A stretch of 61,433 nt of DNA, taken from contig JANLVB010000328.1 in assembly GCA_031363785.1 (NCBI GenBank), positions 1 through 61,433 on the forward strand, in the 5' to 3' direction. Below, in pieces: positions 16,771-29,613 of the stretch. The position numbers were made by a program, and so were the translations under genes. A model generated the notes under the pieces. It had not been told where the DNA came from. It made no database searches and saw only the letters and a list, made by a program, of their open reading frames with translations. This stretch comes from Betaproteobacteria bacterium. Its GTDB lineage: Bacteria > Pseudomonadota > Gammaproteobacteria > Burkholderiales > Burkholderiaceae_C. Within the stretch, counting starts at the first letter, position 1. Every line of letters starts with the position of its first letter.

Positions 16771-17961
16771 TCAGGAAACGCGGCGCCCGTATTGTTGCAC
16801 TGCGAGTGCCAGCGCGCCCGCAACCACGCCCCAGAACGCCGACCCTACGCCAGCAACAACGACACCGCTGAGCGTGACCAGGAATGTGATGATTGCCGCT
16901 TCGCGGTGCGGCTCCTCCTGCAATGCCACGGTCAGCGCATTGGCGATCGTGCCCAGCAGGGCAAGGCCTGCTATCGCAGCGACCAGCTCTTTCGGAAACG
17001 CGGTGAGCAAGCTCGTGACAGTGGCGCCAAAAAGCCCGATCAGCACATAGAACGCGCCACAGGACATCGCCGCCGTATAACGTCTGGCTGGGTCGTGGTG
17101 TGCCTGCGGACCCATACAGATTGCGGCGGTAATGGCGCTCAAATTGAGCGCAAACGCTCCAAATGGCGCCAGCACCAGGGTGGCCAGCCCGGTCAGGGTA
17201 ATGATGCCCGACACCGGCAGGCCGCCCGGCCCGCCATAACCAGTGGCACGGATGGCCGCCACACCGGGCAGATTTTGCGACGCCATGGTGACCACAAACA
17301 ACGGGATGGCCAGGCTGATGAAGGCACTCCAGCCAAATTGCGGCATGGTGAAAACCGGCGTGGCAAGACCGGCTTGTACATCGGCGCCGGCGAACTGCCC
17401 GCGCAGCCCGACATACAGCGTGCCGACCAGCAAGGTGATCACCACGGCATAACGCGGCGACAAGCGGCGGGACAGCAAATAACCGCCCAGCATCAGCAGC
17501 ACCAGGGCCAAAGCAGTTTGCGCAGCAACAAAAGCCTGCATCCCGAAACGCGCCAGCACCCCGGCCAGCAGTGCCGAGGCAATGGCACCGGGGATGCGGT
17601 TCATGATTTTTTCAAACCATCCGGTCACACCGAACAGGGTGACGAGCGCGGCACTGGCGAGAAACGCCCCCACCGCGTCACCCATCGAGTAACCGCCGGC
17701 CAGACCGGCGGTGGCCAGCACCGCCGCACCGGGAGTGGACCAGGCCACCATCACCGGCTTGCGCAACCACCACGACGGCAGCATCGAGCACAGCCCCATG
17801 CCAATGCCAAGAGACCACATCCAGGACGATATCTGTGCCGGTGTGGCGCCGAACGCGAGAGCCGCCTGGTACACGATGGCGACTGAGCTGGTAAAGCCAA
17901 CCAGGACGGCAACGAAGCCGGCCGTGCAGGCCGAGGTGCTGAAGTCACGGAAAAGGCGCAT
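16771..17961 (-). CDS. benE: BenE family benzoate/H+ symporter
   Basis: AGFVAVLVGFTSS, AWSTPGAA, TMASQNLPG, NLSAITAAIC. Confidence 0.9.
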   Translation of the reverse strand: MRLFRDFSTSACTAGFVAVLVGFTSSVAIVYQAALAFGATPAQISSWMWSLGIGMGLCSMLPSWWLRKPVMVAWSTPGAAVLATAGLAGGYSMGDAVGAFLASAALVTLFGVTGWFEKIMNRIPGAIASALLAGVLARFGMQAFVAAQTALALVLLMLGGYLLSRRLSPRYAVVITLLVGTLYVGLRGQFAGADVQAGLATPVFTMPQFGWSAFISLAIPLFVVTMASQNLPGVAAIRATGYGGPGGLPVSGIITLTGLATLVLAPFGAFALNLSAITAAICMGPQAHHDPARRYTAAMSCGAFYVLIGLFGATVTSLLTAFPKELVAAIAGLALLGTIANALTVALQEEPHREAAIITFLVTLSGVVVAGVGSAFWGVVAGALALAVQQYGRRVS

Positions 17962-18009
17962 CGCCCGATTGTGCCGGGTCAGACGGCCCGGTCAGGCCGC
18001 CACAGAGCG

Positions 18010-19878
18010 TCAAATCTCGATCTTGGAGCCGAGCTCGACCACGGCATTGTTGGGCAGGTTGAGGAAGTCCGCCGCCCCACTGGCGTTGTGGTGCATCTGC
18101 GCAAATATCTTCTCGCGCCACTGGGGCATGCCGCTGCCGATGGTGGGCACCACGGTGTCGCGCGATAGGAAATAACTGGTGCTCATGGGGTCGAGGTCAC
18201 AACCCCGGCCCTTGATTTGCTGCAATGCCTTGGGCACATCCGGGTCATTCTTGAACCCGTAATGCAGGATCACCTGCCAGCAGTGGTGGCCCAGCGACTC
18301 GATCTCCAGCCGTCGGTCCAGCCCGACCCAGGGCACCTCGTGGTTGCGCACCGTGACGAACAGATTGTGCTCGTGCAATACCTTGTTGTGCTTGAGGTTG
18401 TGCAGCAAGGCATTGGGCACGGTCCCCGGCTCGGCTGTCAGGAACACCGCTGTGCCTTCGACACGTGCCGGCGGACTGACAAATACCGCTTCTAGAAATC
18501 CGGGCAGGTCGATGGCGTCGGCACGCAACTTCTGATTCAGCAGCTCTCGGCCCTGCTTCCAGGTCAGCATCAATGTAAAGATGACGCCGCCAATCACCAG
18601 AGGGAACCAGCCGCCCTCGAACAACTTGAGCATATTGGAGGCAAAAAAAGCGAAGTCGACGATAAAGAACCAGGCAGTCGCGGCAACACACAGGGCCAGC
18701 GGATAGTTCCATTTGTAGCGGATCACATAGAAAGTGAGAATCGTCGTGATGAGCATGTCGGTGGTCACCGCAATGCCGTAGGCTGCTGCCAGGTTGCTCG
18801 ACGAGCGGAACATCACCACCGCCAGCACGATGGTGGCAAACAGGCCCCAGTTGACCATGGGCATGTAGATTTGCCCGGTGTCCCGCACACTGGTGTGTTC
18901 GATTTTCAGGCGCGGCAGGTATCCCAGTTGTATCACCTGCTTGGTCACGCTGAAAGCACCGGAGATCAGCGCCTGGGACGCTATCACGGTGGCCATGGTA
19001 GCCAGCACCACCAGCGGGATCAGCGCCCAGTCCGGCGCCATCAGGAAGAACGGGTTCTTCACCGCCTCTGGGTTCTTCAACAACAGCGCACCCTGGCCGA
19101 AGTAATTCAGGGTCAACGCCGGCATGACCACGACAAACCAGGCCAGGCGGATCGGCTTCTTGCCGAAGTGTCCCAGGTCAGCGTACAGTGCCTCGGCGCC
19201 GGTGACACACAACACCACGGCACCCAGGATGATGAAGGTGATGCCCGGGTTGGAGAACATGAAGCCGAGCGCGTAATGCGGGCTGATGGCCTTGAGGATC
19301 TCCGGGTTGGCGGCAATATGCACCACACCCAGCAGGGCGATGACAACAAACCAGACCAGCGTGATGGGCCCGAAGAACTTGCCGATACCGGTGGTGCCGC
19401 GCTTTTGCACCGCAAACAAACCAAACAGGATGACCAGTGTCAGCGGAATGACAAAGCGCTTGAATGCCGGCGACACCACCTCCAGCCCCTCCACCGCCGA
19501 CAACACCGAGATGGCCGGCGTGATGACGCCATCGCCATAAAAAAGCGAAGTGCCAAAAATGCCCACTACCAGCAGCACACGACGCAGGCGCGGACTACCC
19601 TTGACCGCCTGGGACGCCAGCGCCAGCATGGCCACCAGGCCACCCTCGCCGTTGTTGTCGGCGCGTAGCACCAGCACCACATACTTGACCGAGACGATGG
19701 TGGTCAAGGTCCAGAAAAAGATCGACAGGATGCCGTAGATGTTTTGCGCCGTGAACGGCACATGCCCGGAATTGAATACCTCTTTGATCGCGTACAGCAC
19801 ACTGGTGCCAATATCGCCGTAAACGACGCCGATGGCGCCCAAGGTGAGCGCGGCAAGTGAGGATTTGGATTGGGACAC
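18010..19878 (-). CDS. kup: KUP potassium uptake protein
   Basis: [52 protein letters not shown]; start placed at GTG 19878 (uncertain). Confidence 0.95.
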   Translation of the reverse strand: MSQSKSSLAALTLGAIGVVYGDIGTSVLYAIKEVFNSGHVPFTAQNIYGILSIFFWTLTTIVSVKYVVLVLRADNNGEGGLVAMLALASQAVKGSPRLRRVLLVVGIFGTSLFYGDGVITPAISVLSAVEGLEVVSPAFKRFVIPLTLVILFGLFAVQKRGTTGIGKFFGPITLVWFVVIALLGVVHIAANPEILKAISPHYALGFMFSNPGITFIILGAVVLCVTGAEALYADLGHFGKKPIRLAWFVVVMPALTLNYFGQGALLLKNPEAVKNPFFLMAPDWALIPLVVLATMATVIASQALISGAFSVTKQVIQLGYLPRLKIEHTSVRDTGQIYMPMVNWGLFATIVLAVVMFRSSSNLAAAYGIAVTTDMLITTILTFYVIRYKWNYPLALCVAATAWFFIVDFAFFASNMLKLFEGGWFPLVIGGVIFTLMLTWKQGRELLNQKLRADAIDLPGFLEAVFVSPPARVEGTAVFLTAEPGTVPNALLHNLKHNKVLHEHNLFVTVRNHEVPWVGLDRRLEIESLGHHCWQVILHYGFKNDPDVPKALQQIKGRGCDLDPMSTSYFLSRDTVVPTIGSGMPQWREKIFAQMHHNASGAADFLNLPNNAVVELGSKIEI

Positions 19879-20027
19879 AAAACAGCCCGGGTCGCCAGGA
19901 CCGACGGGTTTGGTTGCCTGCAAGTGGGGAATTGTGCGCCTGCGCGGCGCCCTGCGCCTAAAGCCGGCGTTCCAAGCCCGAAATTTCTGGCTGATTTGTT
20001 GCGGTGCAGCAACTATGCCGGTGCTGC

Positions 20028-21329
20028 TCAGTCATACGCCTCGGCTTCGGCTTCGGGGTCGGTCGCTTCGAGCTCGTAACTTGCTGCCAACATGGCCAGG
20101 CGACCAATCACCCCATACATGTAAAACCGGTTCGGTGCACTGGCACCCGGGGCCACGCCAAGCTGAGGTAAGTGCGTACTGTCAGCAAAGGCCAATGGAA
20201 CAAACTGCGACCCGGGCGAACACAGGTTCTCATCCACACCGCGGTCGGCGTGGATGCGGTAAAACCCGCCAACCACGTAGCGGTCCATCATGTAGACCAC
20301 TGGCTCGGCCACCGCATCATTCATGCGCTCGTTGGTAAGCACTCCCTCCTGCACTATCAGCTCGCACGGGCCAATCGCAGCGGCCTTGCCACCACGCGGT
20401 GTGGCGCCGAACGGCGGTAGGGCCTGCAGGTCCCGTACCTCACGCACCATCTTGATGCCCATGCCGGTATTGCTGTTGTCCGCCTTGATCACCACAAACG
20501 GCTTTTCATGGATGCCATATTCTTTGTATTTGCGCCGGATCTTGGTCAACAGGGCCTCCACGTTGGTGTGCAGACTGTCCTGGCCGGTCTGAGTTGACAG
20601 GTCCACCTCGCCGCAGCGGCTGAACATCGGGTTGATAAGCCAGGGGTCCACACCAATCAATTTGCCAAAACGCTTGGAGACTTCTTCATAACTCTGGAAG
20701 TGTCGGCTCTTGCGCCTGGTCGGCCAGCCGGCGTGAAGCGGTGGCAACAGGTACTGCTCGTGCAAGTCTTCCAGAATGCCGGGCACACCGGCAATCAGGT
20801 CGTTGTTGAGCAAGATGGTGCAGGGGTCGAAGTCCTTCACGCCGAGCCGGCGTTTGCCACGCACCACCGGCTCGAGTCGCACCCGGTCGCCGTTGGGAAG
20901 GTCGATGGTGGTGACCTTCTTGATGTCCGGGTTGATCGAACCGATGCGCACGTTCATACCGGCCATGTGGAAAATACGATGCAACTGCGCAACGCTGGAC
21001 AGGTAAAAGGTGCTGGTGGATTCGTTCTCTGGGATGATCAGCAGATTGCGCGCCTCGGGGCAGATTTTTTCTATCGCCGCCATCGCTGCCTGTACCGCCA
21101 GCGGCAACATGGCCGAGGTCAGGTTGTTCCAGCCACCCGGGTACAGGTTGGTATCGACCGGCGCCAGCTTGAATCCGGCATTGCGTATATCGACCGCACT
21201 GTAGAACGGCGGGGTGTGCTCCATCCATTCCAGGCGGAACCAGCGCTCGATCGAGGGCATGGAGTCCAAGACGCGCTGCTCCAACTCGTTGATGGGGCCG
21301 GTGAGCGCGGTGACCAGATGTGGAACCAT
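20028..21329 (-). CDS. gshA: Glutamate--cysteine ligase (betaproteobacterial GshA type)
   Basis: [49 protein letters not shown]; near gshB. Confidence 0.93.
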   Translation of the reverse strand: MVPHLVTALTGPINELEQRVLDSMPSIERWFRLEWMEHTPPFYSAVDIRNAGFKLAPVDTNLYPGGWNNLTSAMLPLAVQAAMAAIEKICPEARNLLIIPENESTSTFYLSSVAQLHRIFHMAGMNVRIGSINPDIKKVTTIDLPNGDRVRLEPVVRGKRRLGVKDFDPCTILLNNDLIAGVPGILEDLHEQYLLPPLHAGWPTRRKSRHFQSYEEVSKRFGKLIGVDPWLINPMFSRCGEVDLSTQTGQDSLHTNVEALLTKIRRKYKEYGIHEKPFVVIKADNSNTGMGIKMVREVRDLQALPPFGATPRGGKAAAIGPCELIVQEGVLTNERMNDAVAEPVVYMMDRYVVGGFYRIHADRGVDENLCSPGSQFVPLAFADSTHLPQLGVAPGASAPNRFYMYGVIGRLAMLAASYELEATDPEAEAEAYD

Positions 21330-21459
21330 GGGAGGTTTCTTGGATGCGGGGTAGGATGACCCTTTGCATTCTAGGACTTGGGGGCGATTCAATTGGTTCC
21401 AAGTCCACACCGGCGCAACCAGCTACTTTTCACCCCACATACACCACCAATCGACCACC

Positions 21460-22467
21460 ATGCACTACCGCAACCTCGGAAAAAGCAATCTCAAGGTGTC
21501 CAGCCTTTGCCTGGGCACCATGATGTTCGGTGACCAGACCGACCGCACGCAAGCAGCACACATCGTCGCCCATGCACATGAACATGGCGTCAACTTCATC
21601 GATACCGCCGATGTCTACAGCGTGGGGCTATCAGAAGAAATCGTGGGCGAACTCATCAAGCCGCAGCGTTCAGATTGGGTGCTGGCCACCAAGCTCGGCA
21701 ACAAGATGTCTCCACGTGTCAACCAGGGCCACTATTCCCGTAGCTGGATGTTGCAGGAGGTGGAGGCCAGTCTGCGGCGCCTGCAGACCGACTGCATCGA
21801 TATCTGTTACCTGCACCGCGATTACGACGGCATGGAATTCGAGGAGCCGCTGCGTGCGCTGGCCGACATGATCCGCGCGGGCAAGTTGCGTTACTGGGGC
21901 GTGTCGAACTTTCGTGGCTGGCGCATCGCCGAGCTGGTGCGTATGGCGGCGAAGATCGGCATGCCCGGCCCGACGGTATGCCAACCCTATTACAACCTGC
22001 TCAACCGCATGCCCGAGGTGGAAATCCTGCCAGCCTGCCAACACTACGGAATCGGTGTGGCGTCGTACAGCCCGATCGCCCGCGGCGTGTTGACCGGCAA
22101 ATACATACCCGGCGCCGCACCGGCACCTGGCACCCGGGCCGGGCGGGCCGACCAACGCATGATGGATACCGAGTTTCGGCCGCAATCGCTGGAGATGGCG
22201 CAAACACTGGCGGCACATGCGCAAAAACAGGGCGTCACACTGGCGCAGTTCGCCACCGCCTGGGTGCTGGCCAATGGCATTCTGAGCTCGGTCATTGCCG
22301 GACCACGCACACTGGCACAGTGGGAGGACTACTTCCCGGCGCTCGACTACCGCTTTACCACCGAGGACGAGGCAATGGTTGACAGCCTGGTCGGCTCGGG
22401 CCATTCATCCACCCCGGGCTACACCGACCCGGCCTATCCACTCAACGGCCGGATCACGCAGCAGTGA
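21460..22467 (+). CDS. Aldo/keto reductase
   Basis: LCLGTMMFG, FIDTADVY, LATK, SLRRLQTDCID, GVSNF, YSPIARGVLTGKY. Confidence 0.93.
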   Translation: MHYRNLGKSNLKVSSLCLGTMMFGDQTDRTQAAHIVAHAHEHGVNFIDTADVYSVGLSEEIVGELIKPQRSDWVLATKLGNKMSPRVNQGHYSRSWMLQEVEASLRRLQTDCIDICYLHRDYDGMEFEEPLRALADMIRAGKLRYWGVSNFRGWRIAELVRMAAKIGMPGPTVCQPYYNLLNRMPEVEILPACQHYGIGVASYSPIARGVLTGKYIPGAAPAPGTRAGRADQRMMDTEFRPQSLEMAQTLAAHAQKQGVTLAQFATAWVLANGILSSVIAGPRTLAQWEDYFPALDYRFTTEDEAMVDSLVGSGHSSTPGYTDPAYPLNGRITQQ

Positions 22468-23690
22468 AAGTTTTCTACGGCTGGCGCATGGCGGGTGCCG
22501 CTTGCGGCATCCAGTTCATGGTGTCAGCACTGCTCAGCCAGGCATTCGGTGCCTACGTTGCCATCCTGTCAGAGGAGCGCGGCTGGAGCAAGACCGCCCT
22601 GTCCGGCGCGGCGGCATTGCAGTCGGTGGAGTCGGCGATCATCGGCCCGATACTGGGTTGGGCCATGGATCGCTTCGGACCACAAAACATGATCCGTATC
22701 GGCATCGTGGTGTTTGCTGCCGGTTTTCTGCTGCTGAGCCAGATCGACTCGCTGGGCGGGTTTTACATGTGTGTTGTCCTGCTTGCCATCGGTGCCAGTC
22801 TGGGCGGCTACTTTCCACTGAGTGTGGCCCTGATCCAGTGGTTTGAGCGTTACCGTGCGCGGGCGCTCTCCATCATGAGCCTGGGCCTGGCCTTCGGCGG
22901 GCTGATGGTGCCGCTGGTGGCCTTGTCGATGCACGAGTATGGCTGGCGCGCCACGGCCATGGGCTCGGGCTTGGTCGCGCTCCTGATTGGCCTGCCTTTG
23001 GCCAGCGTGATACGACGCCGGCCACAGGACCACGGTGAAACAGTCGACGGTGAACCGGAGCCGACGCCCCGCATCGCCGGCTTGACAACGAGCCTGCAGG
23101 CTGCGCCGGTCGAGTTCACGGCACGCCAGGCTGTGCGCACCAACGCCTTCTGGATGCTGGCTTTGGGCCATGCTTTTGCCTTGTTGGTGGTGACGGCGGT
23201 CAACGTCCACGCCATCACCCACATGAAGGAAAGCCTGGGCTACAGTGTGCCGCAGGCGGCACTGGTCATGATGGTGATGACCGTGGCGCAAGTGGCAGGT
23301 GTCCTGCTGGGTGCCGTGATCGGCGACCGCTACGACAAACGGCGCCTCGCCGCCCTGTGCATGCTCGGCCATGGCCTGGGCTTGCTGGCCCTGACCTACG
23401 CCACTGACGCCACCCTGCTGGGGGTTTTTGCGCTGTTGCACGGTGTGGCGTGGGGTGTGCGCGGGCCGATCATGCAGGCGATCCGGGCGGACTATTTCGG
23501 TCGCAATGCGATCGGGATGATTCTTGGCCTGTCCGCGGCCGTGATCGCACTCGGGCAGATCGCCGGACCCCTGGTGGCCGGCGTGCTGGCCGATCTGACA
23601 GGCAACTACCGGGCCGGTTTCACGGTTGTCGCACTGAGCGCATTGGCGGGGTCGGTCCTGTTCCTGAAAACCCGCCGACCCGTGTTGTAG
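22464..23690 (+). CDS. MFS transporter
   Basis: FYGW start, [21 protein letters not shown]; GTGA-coupled to the reductase. Confidence 0.88.
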   Translation: MKVFYGWRMAGAACGIQFMVSALLSQAFGAYVAILSEERGWSKTALSGAAALQSVESAIIGPILGWAMDRFGPQNMIRIGIVVFAAGFLLLSQIDSLGGFYMCVVLLAIGASLGGYFPLSVALIQWFERYRARALSIMSLGLAFGGLMVPLVALSMHEYGWRATAMGSGLVALLIGLPLASVIRRRPQDHGETVDGEPEPTPRIAGLTTSLQAAPVEFTARQAVRTNAFWMLALGHAFALLVVTAVNVHAITHMKESLGYSVPQAALVMMVMTVAQVAGVLLGAVIGDRYDKRRLAALCMLGHGLGLLALTYATDATLLGVFALLHGVAWGVRGPIMQAIRADYFGRNAIGMILGLSAAVIALGQIAGPLVAGVLADLTGNYRAGFTVVALSALAGSVLFLKTRRPVL

Positions 23691-26600
23691 GCACCCCAAG
23701 CCCGACAGGCTCCTGGGGAAGCACGCGCCGCAGGTAACGCCCGGTGTGGCTGGCCGGATTCGCCGCGATCTCCTCCGGCGTACCCACCCCCACGACCTGG
23801 CCGCCACCGGCACCACCTTCCGGACCCATGTCGATGATCCAGTCGGCGGTCTTGATCACGTCCAGGTTGTGCTCGATCACCACGATCGTGTTGCCCGCGT
23901 CGCGCAGGTGCTGCAGCACCTTGAGCAACAACGCGATGTCGGCAAAGTGCAGCCCGGTGGTTGGTTCGTCCAGGATGTACAGGGTGCGCCCCGTGTCGCG
24001 CTTGGATAACTCCAGCGCCAGCTTGACGCGTTGCGCCTCGCCACCCGAGAGGGTGGTGGCTGATTGGCCGAGCTTGACGTAGGACAGGCCGACATCGAGC
24101 AGCGTCTGCAGCTTGCGCATGATGGTTGGTACAGCCTGGAAAAATGCCGCCGCCGCCTCCACAGTCAGGTCCAGAACCTGCGCGATGTTCTTTCCCTTGT
24201 ACAGCACCTCCAGCGTCTCGCGGTTGTAGCGCTGCCCCTTGCAGACATCGCACGGCACATAGACGTCGGGTAAAAAGTGCATCTCGACTTTTTTCACACC
24301 ATCCCCCTGGCAGGCCTCACAACGTCCACCCGCGACGTTGAAGCTGAAACGGCCCGGCCCGTAGCCGCGCTCACGCGCCATGTTCATCTCCGCCATCAAC
24401 TCGCGGATCGGCGTGAACATGCCGGTGTAGGTGGCGGGGTTGCTGCGTGGCGTGCGCCCGATCGGCGACTGGTCGACGTTGATCACCTTGTCGAAGTGTT
24501 CGATGCCCTGGATGTCCCCATGCGCCGCCGGTTCATCATGGGCCCGGTACAACTGGCGCGCGACAGCGGCATACAGCGTGTCGTTGACCAATGTCGATTT
24601 GCCCGAGCCGGACACGCCCGTGACACAGGTCAACAAGCCGACCGGAAACTCGACATTGACATCGCGCAGGTTGTTGCCATTGGCACCAAGCAGGCGGATC
24701 GCCTGCAACTGCCCCTGCGTCGCCAGGTGGGCGGCATGGCGCACGGCCCACGCCTGCGCGGCCTTGCTGGGCGCGGCACGCAATGCCGTCTTTGGCGCCG
24801 GCTCCTGCGTCACATGTGTCGGCAACCAGGCCGTGCGGTGCCCTGGCACCTCAATGCGCAACACCTTGGCCAGGTACTTGCCGGTCAAAGACTCGGCGCT
24901 GCGCCGGATATCGTCAAACGTGCCCTGGGCAATGACTCGCCCGCCATGTACGCCGGCACCCAAACCCATGTCGATCACATGATCGGCGGCGCGCATCATG
25001 TCTTCGTCGTGCTCGACCACCAGCACACTGTTGCCGATATCACGCAGGTGCTTGAGTGTGGCGATCAGGCGGTCGTTGTCACGCTGGTGCAAGCCAATGC
25101 TGGGCTCGTCGAGCACGTACATCACACCGGTCAGGCCAGAGCCGATCTGGGACGCCAGGCGGATGCGTTGTGACTCGCCCCCGCTGAGCGTCTCGGCACT
25201 GCGGTCCAGACTCAGGTAGTTCAATCCCACGTCGTTGAGAAAACGCAGCCGCAGGCCGATTTCGCGTACCACCTTGGCGGCAATCTCACCTTTGGCGCCA
25301 TGCATCTGGAGCGATTCAAAGTACCCGAGGCATTCACGCAGCGTGACCCGGCTGACTTCGAAAATCGCCCGGGCCTGCGCCCCCTCGCCGATCTTGACAT
25401 GGCGCGATTCGCGCCGCAAGCGGGTACCAGCGCAGTCCTTGCACGCTTGGGTACTGCGGTAACGGGCCAGGTCCTCGCGCACGACCACCGAGTCGGTTTC
25501 GCGGTAGCGCCGCTCCATATTGGGCAAGATACCCTCAAACGGGTGCTTGCGCGTCAGCTTGCGCCCAGTTGATGCGCCTGACTCCATCACATATGAGAAT
25601 TTGATTTCCTCTTCACCGGAGCCATGCAGGATGGCATGCTGCAGCAAAGCAGGCAATGCATCAAACGTCGAGTCCAGGACGAAGTGGTAGTGTTTTGCCA
25701 GACTCTCAAGCATTGCAAAGTAGTAACCATTGCGCCGGTCCCAGCCCTTGATGGCACCACTGGCAAGGCTGAGCGAGGGGAAGGCAACGACCCGCGCCGG
25801 GTCGAAAAAATCCATGGTCCCGATACCGTCACAGGTGGTGCAGGCACCCATCGGTGAATTAAATGAAAACAGCCGCGGCTCGAGTTCGGTGATGGAATAA
25901 CTGCACACCGGACAGGCAAATCGGGCGTTGAACAGGTGCTCGACGGGCTGGCCCGTCACACCGTCCGGCGCGGGCTGTTCGTCCGATTCAACCACCAGGG
26001 CCCGACCGTCGGCGAGCCGCAGCGCCGCTTCGAAGCTCTCGGCCAGGCGCTGGCGCAACTGCGCATGCGCCACATGGTCGGAGGGCGCGCGCACCTTCAG
26101 GCGGTCGATCACCACATCGATGTTGTGCTTTTCCGACTTGCGCAGCTTGGGCAAGGCATCAAACTCGCAGGACACGCCGTCAACACGAAAACGCACGTAC
26201 CCCTGAGCCTGCAACTGGTCGAACAAGTCGATGAACTCACCCTTGCGCTCGCGCGCCACCGGCGCCAGTACCATCAACCGTGTGCCTTCTTTCAGCGCCA
26301 GCACCGCGTCGACCATCTGACTTACGGTTTGCGCCTGCAGCGGCAGGTCGTGGTCCGGGCAGTACGGCGTGCCGGCGCGCGCATACAACAGCCGCAGGTA
26401 GTCGTGGATCTCGGTCACCGTGCCGACGGTGGAGCGCGGGTTGTGGCTGGTCGCCTTCTGTTCGATCGAGATCGCCGGGCTCAGGCCCTCGATCAAGTCC
26501 ACGTCAGGCTTGTCCATCAGTTGCAGGAACTGCCGCGCATAAGTCGACAGGCTCTCGACGTAGCGGCGCTGGCCCTCGGCATACAGCGTATCGAAGGCCA

Positions 26601-26727
26601 GACTGGATTTTCCCGACCCGCTCAGGCCGGTGATTACCACCAGCTGATTACGCGGAATGTCGAGGTCGATGTTCTTCAAATTGTGCGTGCGTGCGCCGCG
26701 GATGCTGATTTTTTGCGCCTGCATCAT
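23620..26727 (-). CDS. uvrA: Excinuclease ABC subunit A
   Basis: [11 protein letters not shown], two Walker A motifs ([16 protein letters not shown]), zinc-finger Cys pairs, LSGGE; alternative start at 26766. Confidence 0.97.
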   Translation of the reverse strand: MMQAQKISIRGARTHNLKNIDLDIPRNQLVVITGLSGSGKSSLAFDTLYAEGQRRYVESLSTYARQFLQLMDKPDVDLIEGLSPAISIEQKATSHNPRSTVGTVTEIHDYLRLLYARAGTPYCPDHDLPLQAQTVSQMVDAVLALKEGTRLMVLAPVARERKGEFIDLFDQLQAQGYVRFRVDGVSCEFDALPKLRKSEKHNIDVVIDRLKVRAPSDHVAHAQLRQRLAESFEAALRLADGRALVVESDEQPAPDGVTGQPVEHLFNARFACPVCSYSITELEPRLFSFNSPMGACTTCDGIGTMDFFDPARVVAFPSLSLASGAIKGWDRRNGYYFAMLESLAKHYHFVLDSTFDALPALLQHAILHGSGEEEIKFSYVMESGASTGRKLTRKHPFEGILPNMERRYRETDSVVVREDLARYRSTQACKDCAGTRLRRESRHVKIGEGAQARAIFEVSRVTLRECLGYFESLQMHGAKGEIAAKVVREIGLRLRFLNDVGLNYLSLDRSAETLSGGESQRIRLASQIGSGLTGVMYVLDEPSIGLHQRDNDRLIATLKHLRDIGNSVLVVEHDEDMMRAADHVIDMGLGAGVHGGRVIAQGTFDDIRRSAESLTGKYLAKVLRIEVPGHRTAWLPTHVTQEPAPKTALRAAPSKAAQAWAVRHAAHLATQGQLQAIRLLGANGNNLRDVNVEFPVGLLTCVTGVSGSGKSTLVNDTLYAAVARQLYRAHDEPAAHGDIQGIEHFDKVINVDQSPIGRTPRSNPATYTGMFTPIRELMAEMNMARERGYGPGRFSFNVAGGRCEACQGDGVKKVEMHFLPDVYVPCDVCKGQRYNRETLEVLYKGKNIAQVLDLTVEAAAAFFQAVPTIMRKLQTLLDVGLSYVKLGQSATTLSGGEAQRVKLALELSKRDTGRTLYILDEPTTGLHFADIALLLKVLQHLRDAGNTIVVIEHNLDVIKTADWIIDMGPEGGAGGGQVVGVGTPEEIAANPASHTGRYLRRVLPQEPVGLGVPTTRVGGFSGTGPTPPMRSVRQP

Positions 26728-27010
26728 GGCAGCCAATCGCTCGGCGTCGGAGTCAACAGGGGGCATAAACTGGGGGGACAGGATCCGGACGGGCGCCCCG
26801 GCGCGACCAAGCTGGTCGTTTCGCGGGCAACCCGCGATGATAGGCCGACTTGTCTGTTTTGGGCACGCCGACCGATACCGCCGGTTCCAACGTCAGTCCC
26901 CCCGGCGCCAGGCTGGCAGATGGCGGTCGGCACCAAACGCCATTTTCCATGCACCACCGCCCATCAACCAGACGGCGTAAGTTCTTGCGCAAGACGCTCC
27001 CGGCGATCAG

Positions 27011-27056
27011 GAATTGTTCGGTTTTTGCGAACCAATTCTTACAAAATACAGTATTT
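27011..27056. promoter_or_regulatory. AT-rich inverted repeats in the divergent uvrA/rrf2 promoter region
   Basis: GAATTGTTCG-N7-CGAACCAATTC (27011-27038) and AAATAC-A-GTATTT (27044-27056). Confidence 0.4.
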
Positions 27057-27124
27057 ACACAAGCATGAAAAACGTCTAGATTGCGACGGTTACGGCTTCA
27101 GTGGCCTACCAAGGAGACATCACC

Positions 27125-27658
27125 ATGCGCCTGAGCACCAAAGGTCGATTCGCAGTCACCGCCATGATCGACCTCGCCCTGTCCGAGCGTGCCGGCCCGG
27201 TTCCCCTGTCCGCCATTGCGCAGCGGCAACAGATTTCGTTGTCCTACCTTGAGCAGATGTTCAGCAAGCTGCGTCAGGCCGGCCTGGTCGAGAGCACCCG
27301 CGGGCCGGGTGGTGGTTATACCTTGGGCACGCGCGGCGACTCCATCACCGTGGCAGACATCATCGTGGCGATCGAAGGCGCTGCATCACATGCCGCCGAG
27401 GATGCTATCGACGGCGCACTGGCGAATCACGACATGACGCAAGCACTGTGGGATTCTCTGAGTTCCCGGCTGGTGGAATATATGCAGTCCATCACCCTGC
27501 ACAGTCTCACCGCCGAGCAACTAGCCAAGGGTTTTGCGATTCAACCGCGCAGACCTGTGCGCCAAGGCGTGTTCCGCAAGTCGAAAGTGGAGGCGGCTCG
27601 CAACACGCCGCCCAATTCGGTGTTTGCCTTGGGCTCGTCACTGCTCGCCAAGGGCTGA
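27125..27658 (+). CDS. Rrf2 family regulator, IscR-like but without cysteines
   Basis: MRLSTKGRFAVTAMIDLA, ISLSYLEQMFSKLR, STRGPGGGY; no Cys in the protein. Confidence 0.9.
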   Translation: MRLSTKGRFAVTAMIDLALSERAGPVPLSAIAQRQQISLSYLEQMFSKLRQAGLVESTRGPGGGYTLGTRGDSITVADIIVAIEGAASHAAEDAIDGALANHDMTQALWDSLSSRLVEYMQSITLHSLTAEQLAKGFAIQPRRPVRQGVFRKSKVEAARNTPPNSVFALGSSLLAKG

Positions 27659-27757
27659 CCAGATTATTGCCGCCTTGGAGGACCCGGCGACATTGTGCGC
27701 CGGGGTTTGGTCGGCCACTGCTGAGCGCTGCTTCGCCGACGCGGATAATTCTGTTGC

Positions 27758-28876
27758 ATGGCCAATGTGCGCATCGTCGTCGGATTGAGCGGAGGGGTGG
27801 ACTCCGCGGTTGCGGCGTGGCTGCTAAAACGACAGGGCCATGAGGTGGTTGGCATCTTCATGAAAAACTGGGAAGATGACGACAATTCCGCATACTGCTC
27901 ATCCAACATCGATTTTGTCGATGCCGCCGCCGTCGCGGATGTGCTGGGCATAGAGATCGAACATGTCAATTTCGCTGCGCAATACAAAGACCGGGTATTC
28001 GCCGACTTCCTGCATGAGTACCAGGCGGGGCGCACGCCCAACCCGGACATCCTGTGCAACGCCGAAATCAAGTTCAAGTCCTTCCTGGACCACGCGATGC
28101 GACTCGGAGCCGACAAAATCGCCACCGGACACTACGCCCGTGTGCGGCAGAGCCAGACCAGCGGACGACATGAGTTGCTCAAAGGCCTGGACCCGACGAA
28201 AGATCAGAGCTATTTCCTGCACCGCCTGAACCAGGCGCAACTGGGCCGAACACTGTTCCCGGTGGGTGCATTGCGCAAGACCGATGTGCGCCGGCTCGCC
28301 GCCGAGATCGGTCTGCCAAACGCCCGCAAGAAGGACTCGACCGGTATTTGTTTTATCGGCGAGCGGCCGTTTCGGGAGTTTCTCAACCGCTACATCTCGA
28401 ACCAACCCGGTCCGATCAAAAATCCGCAAGGTTGGGTCGTAGGACGCCATGTGGGCCTGAGCTTCTACACCATAGGGCAACGCCAGGGTCTGGGTATCGG
28501 TGGCGTAAAGACGGCGGACGGCGGCCACGAACACCAGCCCTGGTACTGCGCACGCAAAGACCTGGCCAACAACACCCTGTGGGCGGTGCAGGGGCACGAC
28601 CATTCCTGGTTGCAGTTTGGCGCGCTGCAGGCCGGTAACGCCAGCTGGGTTGCCGGTGTCGCGCCACCGGCGGGCGACTTTGGCGCCAAGACGCGTTACC
28701 GCCAGACTGACGCACAGTGCAGGTTTAGCAAAGGCGCTGCAGCCGGGACAGACGGGTTTGCACTGGACTTTGCGCATGCCCAATGGGCAGTCACTCCAGG
28801 CCAATCTGCGGTGCTGTACGACGGTGACATCTGCCTGGGCGGGGGCATCATCAACACGGCGGATAACGCCGTCTGA
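27758..28876 (+). CDS. mnmA: tRNA 2-thiouridine(34) synthase
   Basis: [41 protein letters not shown]. Confidence 0.97.
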   Translation: MANVRIVVGLSGGVDSAVAAWLLKRQGHEVVGIFMKNWEDDDNSAYCSSNIDFVDAAAVADVLGIEIEHVNFAAQYKDRVFADFLHEYQAGRTPNPDILCNAEIKFKSFLDHAMRLGADKIATGHYARVRQSQTSGRHELLKGLDPTKDQSYFLHRLNQAQLGRTLFPVGALRKTDVRRLAAEIGLPNARKKDSTGICFIGERPFREFLNRYISNQPGPIKNPQGWVVGRHVGLSFYTIGQRQGLGIGGVKTADGGHEHQPWYCARKDLANNTLWAVQGHDHSWLQFGALQAGNASWVAGVAPPAGDFGAKTRYRQTDAQCRFSKGAAAGTDGFALDFAHAQWAVTPGQSAVLYDGDICLGGGIINTADNAV

Positions 28877-28912
28877 TTCGCCTCCGTCTGCCAGGCCCGG
28901 CGGGCCGCCGGC

Positions 28913-29410
28913 TCAGAAAGGAATGTCGTCGTCCATGTCGTCGAAGCCGCTCGATGGCTTGGCCGCAGCAGTCTGCGGGCGGACTGCCGGTGGTGCTGCA
29001 CGCGACGCCGGTGCCGCCTGGCGCGCGTAGCCGCCACCGCCGCCTTCTTCGCCGCTGCCCGGGCTACCCATGCCCTCGCGGCTGCCCAGCAACTGCATTT
29101 CGGTAGCGATGATGTCGCAGGTGTTTTGCTCGACTCCGTCCTTGTTGGTGAATTTGCCGTACTTCAGGCGCCCTTCGACATAAATCGGGCGGCCTTTCTT
29201 GATGTATTCGCCTGCGATCTCTGCCAAACGATCATAAAACGTGATGCGGTGCCACTGCGTGTCTTCGATCATTTCGCCGGAAATCTTGTCTTTGCGCCGG
29301 CTCGATGTTGCCAGCGTGACATTGGCAACTGCCTGGCCCGAGGGCAGGTAGCGAACTTCCGGATCGCGCCCGCAATTACCTACCAGAATGACCTTGTTGA
29401 CGGATGCCAT
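28913..29410 (-). CDS. ssb: Single-stranded DNA-binding protein
   Basis: [20 protein letters not shown]-terminal DDDIPF. Confidence 0.97.
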   Translation of the reverse strand: MASVNKVILVGNCGRDPEVRYLPSGQAVANVTLATSSRRKDKISGEMIEDTQWHRITFYDRLAEIAGEYIKKGRPIYVEGRLKYGKFTNKDGVEQNTCDIIATEMQLLGSREGMGSPGSGEEGGGGGYARQAAPASRAAPPAVRPQTAAAKPSSGFDDMDDDIPF

Positions 29411-29613
29411 GATGTGCCCCTTGTGTGTTTTCGCAGATTATCAACCTAACGCGTTTGTACCCGGCGCCGCTGACACAGATTTTTCGCCGTCCTGCCTGTG
29501 CTTCCGTCAAAACCCTTGCAACCCGCTATGGCAGCGCGGTTTGCCAGTCAGCCGCTCGGCAGCGTGCATTAAAATTCGGCCTGATTTCGCAATTGCCACC
29601 TTTGGAGTATTTG

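Noticed and set aside
26767-27124. LexA box upstream of uvrA
   Set aside because: No CTGT-N8-ACAG match found by eye; only unrelated palindromes.
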